NCBI GenBank assembly: GCA_038279365.1
Contig: JAYODI010000058.1
Span: forward strand, 1-38,167
DNA length: 38,167 nt
Reading direction: 5' to 3'
Source: Candidatus Latescibacterota bacterium
GTDB taxonomy: Bacteria; Latescibacterota; UBA2968
Below are positions 28,537-37,051 of the stretch, in pieces. The notes beneath the pieces were generated by a model that had not been told where the DNA came from, did not search any database, and was given only the letters and a program-made list of their open reading frames with translations. Within the stretch, counting starts at the first letter, position 1. Each line of letters begins with the position of its first letter. A program made the translations under genes and the position numbers.

Positions 28537-30691
28537 AATAGGATGGCGCTTATGTGTTTGGAGCACTTTTTTGTGGCCTATATTGGGCTGGGCACAAACA
28601 CCGCGTGATGTTGTGGCTGAAATCTTGGATCGGATACCGTCGGAGCAGATGGTTGCTGATGATTATGTCCGTTTGGGTGATGCATATTTGTCACTGGGTG
28701 AATGGGATGATGCTAAAAAGGCTTTTGAAAAAGCATTGCGTTTGGGTGACAAAGTGAGGGGGCATACGGGTATTGGGCGTGTGTATGCACTTAAGAATGG
28801 GCGAGGTATGCGGGCGCAGTATCATTTTCGACGTGCTTTGGGCGAAGACCCCACCTATGCAGATGCGCAGTATGAATTGGCCAAACTGTATGAACGATTA
28901 CGACCCTTAGATGCATTGGAGGCATTTGAAAAAGCGATTGAAATGGCACCCGACCATGGCGATGCCTATTTTCGGCAAGGGCAAATGCTTGAACGCAATG
29001 GTGAGCGCCAGCAAGCCATGGCGGCGTATGAACAGCAAATTGAAGTGACGCCCAACCATGGCGATGCCCGCTATCATTTGGGGCGCTTGTTGTTTACACA
29101 AGGCCAACACAAAGAAGCTGCAAAGGTTTTTGCAGGCTTGATTGCAACGGGTGGTGAAGTGGCAACAAAAGCTTATTTGGAAATGGCTTTGATGAGTGAA
29201 ATTGCCCAAAATTATGATAGTGCACAACGTTTGTTTGAAACATATATTGGGCAATTACCAGAATCGGAACGCGCTATTTTTAAAGATGTCTCAAGGGTGG
29301 CAAACAAAAAAGAGTTGGCACAGTTGGAAATGGTTCAGGGTGATGAAAAACAGAAAATGATTGATCGGTTTTGGAACAGCCGCGATCCTGCCCCGTTAAC
29401 GCGTGCCAACGAGCGGTTGGTAGAACATTATCGGCGTGTGGCATTTGCCTTGTCTCAATATGCCAATGGTGAAAAACCTTGGGATGATCGGGGAGATGTT
29501 TATGTGCGGTTGGGGCACCCAGATCATGTGAGTCGTTCGGACAATATTCAAATCGAGTTGGATCCTTATATCACCCGCGCAAGAGAACGGTTTGCCACCC
29601 GTTTAGGGCCTGGTTTTGTGCCGCCTGCGGGGCATCCTGTTTTGCCCATTGAGGGGCGGTGGGAATATTGGGTTTATGCTGAAATAGAAGATGGCATTGA
29701 ATTTGTTTTTGAAAATGCATTTGGGAAAAGGTATACGTTTGCAGATATTCCATTGTCTGCGACCTTTTCTGAGATGGGTTTGTTGTTGGATATGCAAGGC
29801 GACTTGATGCTGGCGTCTATTGCAACAAAAACACCTTCTCGGTATCGCGCCGATTTTGCCAAATTGCCCATTGATTTTTATTATTATCCAGCAGGTTTTA
29901 GAGATGAAGGCGATCAGACGCGGCTGGAGCTGTATTTGGGCTTACCTGCATCTGAGGTGGCGCGTTTGGATGATGCGCAGGGGTTGGTGGTGTTGGAACG
30001 GGGTGTTGCCCTTTATGATTCTCTGTGGCACGAGGTACATCGTGTTACAGATCAACTGACTTTTAGATCGCCCAGTGAACGACAAATTCAAGCAGGTGCA
30101 TTTATTCCAGGTGTTTTGCCCGTAATGTTAAACCCTGGCAGATATTATATGTCGTTGCAGGTGCGCGATACACGCTCTGGTGATTCACAAGTTTATCAAC
30201 AAACGATTGATGTGGATGATTTTCGGCGTGATGATATTTTTCGTTTGAGCGATATTGAATTGGCCTTTGTGGTATCACCCACACAAACGGAGGGTCAGTT
30301 TGTTAAAAATGGTTTGCAAGTGGTGCCGATGTCGTCGAAGGCTTTTCGGCGTGATCAAAATGCATATGTCTATTTTGAGTTGTATAATTTAAAGCGCGAT
30401 GCATTTGGGCAAACGAAATATCGTGTGGAATATACGGTCAGAACTTTTCAAGAACGCGCGGTACCTGTGCGTATTTTGCGTGGCCTTGGGCGGCTGTTGC
30501 GTTTGGTAGAAGATGATCAACAAATTATGATTGCTTATGAACAGGTTGGCGATCAACAAGATGTGCCTACATTTGTGGAATTGGATTTAAAAGCATCTGA
30601 ACCGGGTGAACAATTGATTGTGGTAAAAGTAACCGATTTGTTGGCCGAGCAAGAAGCACAGAAAGAAATTCGGTTTAAGATTGTGCCGTGA
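28520..30691 (+). CDS. TPR repeat + GWxTD domain-containing protein
   Basis: SD AAGGAG at 28507-28512 then TTG 28520 giving a signal peptide; about 6 TPR-like repeats; FWNSRDPAPLT...WDDRGDVYVRLGHPD. Confidence 0.85.
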   Translation: MILFRKIGWRLCVWSTFLWPILGWAQTPRDVVAEILDRIPSEQMVADDYVRLGDAYLSLGEWDDAKKAFEKALRLGDKVRGHTGIGRVYALKNGRGMRAQYHFRRALGEDPTYADAQYELAKLYERLRPLDALEAFEKAIEMAPDHGDAYFRQGQMLERNGERQQAMAAYEQQIEVTPNHGDARYHLGRLLFTQGQHKEAAKVFAGLIATGGEVATKAYLEMALMSEIAQNYDSAQRLFETYIGQLPESERAIFKDVSRVANKKELAQLEMVQGDEKQKMIDRFWNSRDPAPLTRANERLVEHYRRVAFALSQYANGEKPWDDRGDVYVRLGHPDHVSRSDNIQIELDPYITRARERFATRLGPGFVPPAGHPVLPIEGRWEYWVYAEIEDGIEFVFENAFGKRYTFADIPLSATFSEMGLLLDMQGDLMLASIATKTPSRYRADFAKLPIDFYYYPAGFRDEGDQTRLELYLGLPASEVARLDDAQGLVVLERGVALYDSLWHEVHRVTDQLTFRSPSERQIQAGAFIPGVLPVMLNPGRYYMSLQVRDTRSGDSQVYQQTIDVDDFRRDDIFRLSDIELAFVVSPTQTEGQFVKNGLQVVPMSSKAFRRDQNAYVYFELYNLKRDAFGQTKYRVEYTVRTFQERAVPVRILRGLGRLLRLVEDDQQIMIAYEQVGDQQDVPTFVELDLKASEPGEQLIVVKVTDLLAEQEAQKEIRFKIVP

Positions 30692-31047
30692 TTATTTAGA
30701 ACCTGTGTGTGGAATTATGTGGATTTTTAGGTTGTTTGAAAGCGTTTGTTTTTATGTTTTGTAGCCTTCGGCGTAAGATGCTCAAATTACTCGCATCTTC
30801 ATACTTTTTCTCAACAGCAAGAAAAAGTAAGCAAAAAGTGCCGTCCCTCAAGTGCCGGGAAGGCTGATTTTTCGCAAATATCGATTGTGGATACACCAAA
30901 ATAGTTTAGCCTGCCACGTTAAGAGTTTTTTGGGGAATGAATAGCTAAACGGAATGGTGCAGAAAATCATGATTGCTTTTGGTGATGGTGAGCCGATTGT
31001 AAGGACGATGGCTTTTGTGATCGGATGTTTAATGATAAGGTGGTGCG

Positions 31048-32442
31048 ATGGTGAAACCTGATTTTTCGTTGATTCCCAAAGTGGATGCCGTATTGGATGA
31101 TCTTGCAATGGCATCGGTTCGGGCATTGTGTGATGGCCCTTTGTTGACGGAGTTGGTGAGAGAGACCATTGATGCTCTGCGACAGGCGATGAAAGAGGGA
31201 AAGACCATTGCGGATTCTCGTGAGGCATTAACGGCGTGGGTGATTCAGACGGTAAAGGATGCCTTGACGCAACGTCTCTCGCCTAATTTGAAACGGGTTA
31301 TCAATGGCACTGGGATTATATTGCACACCAATTTGGGGCGTGCGCCTTTGCCCGATGAGGCCATTGCACAAATTGTTGCTGTGGCTGGGCGATATAGCAA
31401 TGTTGAAATTGATTTGGACAGTGGGCTAAGGGGTTCGCGCACCAGTTTGGTTGAAGACTTGTTGTGTGAACTTACTGGGGCTGAAGCGGCGGCGGTGGTC
31501 AATAACAATGCGGCGGCGGTTTTGTTGGCGTTAAATACGTTGGCACTCGGTAAAGAAGCAATTGTGTCGCGGGGTGAGTTGGTGGAGATTGGGGGTTCGT
31601 TTCGGATTCCCGATATCATGAGCCGCAGTGGGGCCGTGATGGTGGAAGTGGGCACGACAAATCGCACACACTTGAAAGATTTTGAAACGGCGGTGACGGA
31701 CGAGACGGGTGCGATGTTGGTTGTGCATACGAGCAATTATAAGGTGATGGGGTTTACTGCGGCGGTGGATTTGGAAGATTTGGTTGCGTTGGGAAAAGAC
31801 AAAGGGATTGCCACGATTCATGATTTGGGTGGTGGGGTGTTGATAGATTTGCGCAATTATGGGTTGCCGTATGAACCCCTTGTTTCAGACAGTGTGAAAG
31901 CTGGCGTGGATGTGGTGACATTTAGTGGTGACAAGGTGTTGGGTGGGCCACAATGTGGTATTTTGGTGGGCAAAAAAGAGGCGATTGAACAGGTTCGCAA
32001 GAACCCATTGATGCGTGCACTGCGGTGTGATAAGCTGACCTATGCGGCTTTGGAAGCGACCTTAAAACTCTATTTAAACCCAAGTCAGTTAAAAAAAACA
32101 CACCCGACCTTGCGGATGTTGACGGAATCTGTGACGGTGTTGAAACGGCGTGGGCGACAATTGGTGAAACAGTTGAAATCTGTAGATGGGATTCAAGTGT
32201 CTTTGGTAGATTCGGTTGCTCAAACGGGCAGTGGGGCTTTGCCATTGGAGGAGATATCCAGTGTGGCTGTGGCCATTTCTTGTGCGGGTGTGGATCAACT
32301 CGCTGCACAATTACGTAAAAATGACCCACCGATTGTGGGGTATGTGCGCGATGATCGGTTGTTGTTGGATGTGCGCACGCTTTGGCCAGATGATTTGAAA
32401 GTGATTGTTAACGCGTTTGAAAATGCCATTCAGGCAGATTGA
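31048..32442 (+). CDS. selA: L-seryl-tRNA(Sec) selenium transferase
   Basis: VINGTGIILHTNLGRAPL, VNNNAAA, SRGELVEIGGSFRIPD, FSGDKVLGGPQ (PLP Lys). Confidence 0.97.
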   Translation: MVKPDFSLIPKVDAVLDDLAMASVRALCDGPLLTELVRETIDALRQAMKEGKTIADSREALTAWVIQTVKDALTQRLSPNLKRVINGTGIILHTNLGRAPLPDEAIAQIVAVAGRYSNVEIDLDSGLRGSRTSLVEDLLCELTGAEAAAVVNNNAAAVLLALNTLALGKEAIVSRGELVEIGGSFRIPDIMSRSGAVMVEVGTTNRTHLKDFETAVTDETGAMLVVHTSNYKVMGFTAAVDLEDLVALGKDKGIATIHDLGGGVLIDLRNYGLPYEPLVSDSVKAGVDVVTFSGDKVLGGPQCGILVGKKEAIEQVRKNPLMRALRCDKLTYAALEATLKLYLNPSQLKKTHPTLRMLTESVTVLKRRGRQLVKQLKSVDGIQVSLVDSVAQTGSGALPLEEISSVAVAISCAGVDQLAAQLRKNDPPIVGYVRDDRLLLDVRTLWPDDLKVIVNAFENAIQAD

Positions 32443-32474
32443 GTAGATTGAACTTTTTTAAACTGAAGGAGTCT

Positions 32475-34373
32475 ATGTCACACGTTATCATTGGAACCGC
32501 AGGCCATATTGATCATGGAAAGACATCTTTGGTAAAGGCATTAACGGGTATTGAAACCGATACCTTGCCCGAAGAAAAAAGCAGAGGGGTGACCATTGAC
32601 ATTGGATTTGCCTACTGGAAAGACCATGTGACCATTATTGATGTGCCCGGCCATGAGCGGTTTGTGAAAAATATGGTGACGGGCGTGTGTACGGTTGATT
32701 TGGCCTTGTTTGTGGTGGCGGCAGATGATGGTGTGATGCCTCAAACGCGTGAGCATTTGGGCATTTTAAATTTGCTGGGTGTGTCGCGTGGGATTGTGGT
32801 GCTCACAAAGGCCGATTTGGTGGAAGCAGACTGGTTGGAATTGGTGACAGAAGAATTGGGAGATTTATTTGAAGGCACTTTTTTAGCCGATGCACCGATA
32901 GTTCCCGTGTCGTCTGCTACTGGTCAAGGCATAGATGACTTGCGCACATTGGTTGAAGAGACCATTGGTGAAATTACAGAACGGCCAGATCGGGGCATTT
33001 TTCGGTTGCCTGTGGATCGGGTTTTTTCTGTGCAAGGATTTGGTACGGTGGTGACAGGTACGATTATTTCTGGATCGGTGAAACCTAAGGATGAGCTTGA
33101 ATTGTTACCGGCTGGTAAAAAAGTGCGGGTGCGTGGTGTGCAGACCCATAGCAAAGATGTGGATGAAGCATTTGTAGGGGCTCGGGTGGCATTGAATGTA
33201 AATGGCGTTGAAGTAGATGAGGTCACGCGCGGCGATATTATGGCGCAGGTGGGATATTTTAAAGCGACCTATATGATTGATGCGCGTTTGCACTTGTTAC
33301 CCGATGCGCCTTCTGTGGTTAAAAACCGTGCGCGGGTTCATTTGCATTTGGGGCCTCGCGAGGTTTTGGCGCGTGTGATTTTGCTTGAAAGCGATGAGTT
33401 GCACCCTGGAGAGTCGCAATTGGTGCAGTTGCGTTTGGAAGAAGCTGGAGTGGCCGCACGCGGCGATCGGTTTGTCATTCGGCGGTATTCGCCCGTTCAG
33501 ACATTGGGCGGTGGGGTAATTTTAGACCCGCAACCCGTAAAACATCGGCGGTTTAAAGAAGATGTTCAGGTGGTGCTTAAAGATTTGGAGCGTGATGATC
33601 CGACAGAGGTTTTAAGTGCACGGTTAAAAGCAGCGGGTTTGGAACCTCGAACGGTGAGTGCATTGGCCGCCGAAATGGGCATTGCAGATGCCGATATTGA
33701 AGTGCGCTTAAAAAGTTTGGTTGAGAAGGGAGATGTGGTGGCGTTTGTTGTATCTGGAAAAGATTATTATGCACATCAAACGTGTTGGGAGCGATTAAAA
33801 AAGAATATTGAAGCAGGATTGACTAAATATCATGAAGCAAATTCACTCAAGCAGGGTGCGCGCCGCGAAGAGTTGCGCGCGTTGGTCGATGGGCGTGCAT
33901 CTCGTGATTTTTTTGATTATGGGGTGGGATATCTGATTGAAACGGGTGTGATTCAAAGTACAGATTCTCTGCTGAGTTTGAGCACACACACGATTTCATT
34001 GTCGGCCGATCAGGCACACATTCGCGATATGATCTTGCCGTTGTTACAAGCAGGAGGTACATCGCCTACCGACTTAAAGGCGTTGCCAGAAGCATTGGGA
34101 AAAGATGCCAAAGTGGTTCAAGATGTGGTGGCGGCCATGCAAGGCATGGGGGATCTTGTGCGTATGGATGATACCCTCTTGTTTCATTTGGATGTGATTG
34201 CAGGCGTAGAGGAAAAGTTGCTGACTTATTTTCAATCTCAGACCGAGATTGATGTGGCGACTTTTCGCGATTTGGTTGGTACAACGCGAAAATATGCGGT
34301 GCCGATGTTGAATTATTTTGATACCAAAGGAACAACCATAAGACAAGGGGATGTGCGGGTGTTGGGGAAGTGA
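32475..34373 (+). CDS. selB: Selenocysteine-specific translation elongation factor
   Basis: IGTAGHIDHGKT, DVPGHERF, TKAD, C-terminal winged-helix TRKYAVP motif; ATG after AAGGAG. Confidence 0.97.
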   Translation: MSHVIIGTAGHIDHGKTSLVKALTGIETDTLPEEKSRGVTIDIGFAYWKDHVTIIDVPGHERFVKNMVTGVCTVDLALFVVAADDGVMPQTREHLGILNLLGVSRGIVVLTKADLVEADWLELVTEELGDLFEGTFLADAPIVPVSSATGQGIDDLRTLVEETIGEITERPDRGIFRLPVDRVFSVQGFGTVVTGTIISGSVKPKDELELLPAGKKVRVRGVQTHSKDVDEAFVGARVALNVNGVEVDEVTRGDIMAQVGYFKATYMIDARLHLLPDAPSVVKNRARVHLHLGPREVLARVILLESDELHPGESQLVQLRLEEAGVAARGDRFVIRRYSPVQTLGGGVILDPQPVKHRRFKEDVQVVLKDLERDDPTEVLSARLKAAGLEPRTVSALAAEMGIADADIEVRLKSLVEKGDVVAFVVSGKDYYAHQTCWERLKKNIEAGLTKYHEANSLKQGARREELRALVDGRASRDFFDYGVGYLIETGVIQSTDSLLSLSTHTISLSADQAHIRDMILPLLQAGGTSPTDLKALPEALGKDAKVVQDVVAAMQGMGDLVRMDDTLLFHLDVIAGVEEKLLTYFQSQTEIDVATFRDLVGTTRKYAVPMLNYFDTKGTTIRQGDVRVLGK

Positions 34374-34384
34374 TTGGCTCTGTC

Positions 34385-34412
34385 TTGACAGGTGCATAAA
34401 ATACCTTAGATT
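34385..34412 (+). promoter_or_regulatory. sigma70-type internal promoter
   Basis: TTGACA-N16-TAGATT just after the selB stop. Confidence 0.45.
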
Positions 34413-34488
34413 CTTTGGTGTTGGTGTTTACTGCGAGGTTTTGGGGTGGCTGTTTGGATGTTCGTTGTTTAAGGGTGTTGAGGTTTTT

Positions 34489-35625
34489 ATGATACAAGCT
34501 GTTACGATGCGACGTATGGTTTTTTTGCCTGTTTGGATGGTTTGTTTCTTCTTTTTGGTTTCGGCCAATGCTCAAAAGGATGAGGAAATGGCAATGCTTC
34601 GTGTTTTATTAGATGGCACTGAGGTTGGCTTATCTGCCACCCTTCGTGGTGATGAGGTTTATGTTGCCTTGGATGATTTTTGTAAACAAATAGATGCCGA
34701 AGCCAAGGTTTTAGAAGCGGGTGGGGCGTTGGCAGTATGTCGGGAAGATTTGTGTATTCCATTGAATGTTTCTGACACCGAAGATACACTTACTGTTGCG
34801 GGTGTTTTATTTGGGCGTTTAACGGCTTTTGCCGATCCTTTGGGTTTGGTGTGGACGTTAAACAATGGGGCCCTGGAAGTTACTTCTGGGCAGGTTGTGT
34901 CAGGTTTGGGCATTGGCAATGTGCCTCCGCCATTTACTTTGCCCGATTTGTACTCTGGGGCACCTGTGTCGGTGTCTGATTATCGGGGTAAAAAGACGGT
35001 GTTTTATATGTGGGCCTCGTGGTGAGGATGCCGCGGCCAACTGCCTGGATGGCAGTCTTTTCACGAACAATATCAAAATGATGTCAATGTGGTGGTCATT
35101 GCGCAAGATGCCCAAGGAGCAGAAGTTGCCAAACCGTGGGTAGAAAAAGCTAAGGGAACGTATACGGCCTTGTTGGATCAAAATAATTTTATTGGCAAAG
35201 CGTATAATTTGAAGTATGTGCCTGTGGGGATTTTGTTGGATGAAAGTGGTCAATTGGTTCGCGCGGTGGGGAGTGTCAATATTGACAATGAGGATTTTCG
35301 CTCCGAGTTGATCGAGTGGGTGACGACGGAGGCGATTCCAAAAGCGTGGATTGAGTCAGATAAACAAAACAAACCTCGTGCGTTAACGGCCAACGAGCAG
35401 GAGGCCGATGCGCGGTTTCAGTTGGCAATTGTGTTGTTGGCCAATGGCAAAAAAGACGAATCGGTTTCGGAACTCAAAAAAGCGTTTAAATTAGACCCTG
35501 AAAATTGGCTGATTCGCAAGCAATTGTGGGCCATTGAAACCCCCGAAGCATTTTATGAGGGCAATGTGGATTATGGGTGGCAAAAGGCGCAAGTAGAGCG
35601 TGAGAAGGCGATTTTAGACCAATAA
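34489..35625 (+). CDS. Secreted redoxin/TlpA-like selenoprotein (WASW-U-GC), 378 aa, Sec at codon 179 (TGA 35023-35025)
   Basis: ORFs 34351-35025 and 35089-35625 are in the same frame; the thioredoxin fold continues across TGA (PPFTLPDL..G..VSVSDYRGKK...WASW*GCRGQLPGWQ); SECIS-like hairpin follows; lies within the sel cluster. Confidence 0.9.
35040..35056 (+). promoter_or_regulatory. Bacterial SECIS element (redoxin gene)
   Basis: ACTGCC-TGGAT-GGCAGT hairpin; loop begins after a 20-nt gap from the UGA, with G at loop position 2. Confidence 0.75.
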
Positions 35626-35630
35626 AGCGG

Positions 35631-35689
35631 TCACAGGTCTGCAGGTGGCAAGTCGCAGGTGGTTTAGGTTTTGACCTGCCGACCTGTGA
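35631..35689. repeat. Inverted repeat built from degenerate 7-8 bp units
   Basis: TCACAGGTCTGCAGGT (35631-35646) pairs 15/16 with ACCTGCCGACCTGTGA (35674-35689). Confidence 0.65.
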
Positions 35690-35725
35690 GTTGCGATGAT
35701 TTTTTCTTGTAAGGAGCGGTTGGGT

Positions 35726-36772
35726 ATGAAGTGGCGAGATCGGGCAAAAAGGTTGACGCAGTTGGTCAGTTGTGGTGGTTGAGCGTCTAAGCTTGATCCG
35801 GCGGTGCTGGATCTTATTTTAAAAGATTTGCCCAAAGTAAGTCATCCCGATTTGCTGGTGGGTTTGGGAACGGCTGACGATGCAGGTGTATTTCGCATTT
35901 CGCCCGATACGGCGTTGATTCAGACGGTTGATTTTTTTACGCCAATAGTCGATGATCCATTTGCTTATGGTCAAATTGCTGCGGCCAATTCACTAAGTGA
36001 TGTGTATGCGATGGGTGGTCGTCCAATCACAGCGTTGAACATTTGTGGTTTTCCAAGTGACGATGTGCCTCCCGAGATGATTGCTGAAATTTTGAAGGGT
36101 GCTTATGAAAAAGTGGCCGAATCGGGTGCGGTTTTGGTAGGTGGCCATTCGGTTGAAGATGTGGAACCCAAGTTTGGTTTGTCTGTAACGGGAATTATCC
36201 ATCCCGACCAAGTGAAAACCAATGCGGGCGCACAAATTGGGGATAAGCTGGTGTTGACCAAGCCCTTGGGCACGGGATTGATGTCTGATGCCTATCAAAA
36301 CGATGAATTGTCTGAAGATGAATTACAACCTGCCATAGAGATGATGTCACAACTCAATAAAGTGGCTTCTGAGCAGATGGTGGCTTTAGATGCACATGGG
36401 TGTACGGATATTACTGGGTTTGGGCTGATGGGACATGGGTTGGAGATGGCTATTGCCAGTGGCGTTGGGTTTGTGATTCGGTCTGCAGATGTGCCCTTGT
36501 TTGAGGTGGCATACAAAATAGCAGAAACGCGTGAGGGGGGCGGTTTGCGCCGAAATCGCGCTGCGCGTGGTGCCAAAGTTCACTTTGCCGAAAGTGTTGC
36601 CGAACCGATTAGACGATTGTTGTTTGATCCACAAACGTCTGGTGGACTGTTGATTGCACTTGCGCCAGAGCAGGTCAATGCGTTAATTGATGCCTTGCAA
36701 GGGGTGGGCATTGATGCCCGTGAAATTGGAGATGTGGTGGGTGATCATTTGGGTGAAATTTTTGTGGTGTAA
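35726..36772 (+). CDS. selD: Selenide, water dikinase, Sec-containing form, 348 aa, Sec at codon 19 (TGA 35780-35782)
   Basis: SD AAGGAG then ATG 35726 in frame with ORF 35804; reads RLTQLVSCGG*ASKLDP; DDAGV, QTVDFFTPIVDDP, NSLSDVYAMGG, DITGFGL.GH, DPQTSGGLL. Confidence 0.95.
35795..35813 (+). promoter_or_regulatory. Bacterial SECIS element (selD)
   Basis: GATCCGGC-GGT-GCTGGATC hairpin (8 bp, one G-U pair); G-starting loop after a 20-nt gap from the UGA. Confidence 0.78.
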
Positions 36773-36826
36773 GGGCTGAAAGATGAAAAAAGAAAAGAGG
36801 TATTGTTTCTCTTTTCCCACCTTTGT

Positions 36827-36924
36827 GGGAGTGAATGGGGAACTGGTGTCCCTCGCGGACTTCAAATCCGTTGTTGCGTGCTAATCCCACGCTGGGTGGG
36901 TTCGATTCCCACACATTCCCGCCA
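36827..36924 (+). tRNA. selC: tRNA-Sec (anticodon UCA)
   Basis: GGGAGTG...CATTCCC-GCCA acceptor; D arm with TGGT loop; GCGGA-CT TCA AA-TCCGT anticodon arm; long variable arm GCGTG/CACGC; GTGGG-TTCGATT-CCCAC T arm; 98 nt. Confidence 0.95.
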
Positions 36925-36930
36925 AAATAA

Positions 36931-36967
36931 GCGGAGAAACCTTTTGTGTTTCTCCGCTGTCTTTTTA
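36931..36967 (+). terminator. Probable terminator after selC
   Basis: GCGGAGAAAC / GTTTCTCCGC 10-bp stem followed by TGTCTTTTT. Confidence 0.7.
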
Positions 36968-36992
36968 TATAGTTTGTGAGGTTCGGGTTTGG

Positions 36993-37021
36993 TTGACAGC
37001 GGGCGAGATCGTGTGTAGATT
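36993..37021 (+). promoter_or_regulatory. sigma70-type promoter
   Basis: TTGACA-N17-TAGATT, 30 nt upstream of ATG 37052. Confidence 0.55.
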
Positions 37022-37051
37022 TGCGCCGGTCATTTTTTAAAAGGAGATGCG

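Noticed and set aside
30696-30899. Small minus-strand CDS in the gap before selA
   Set aside because: No recognisable motif or clear SD; the region is dominated by hairpins
878-34373. Sec read-through at other TGA stops (880, 9947, 15452, 24176, 30691, 32442, 34373)
   Set aside because: The proteins appear complete at these stops and I saw no redox-motif context there. The long in-frame ORFs after selA and selB are in other frames. Checked by eye only.
34351-35625. Pseudogene or two separate genes split at TGA 35023
   Set aside because: The TGA sits at the catalytic Cys position, a SECIS-like hairpin follows, and the Sec machinery is adjacent
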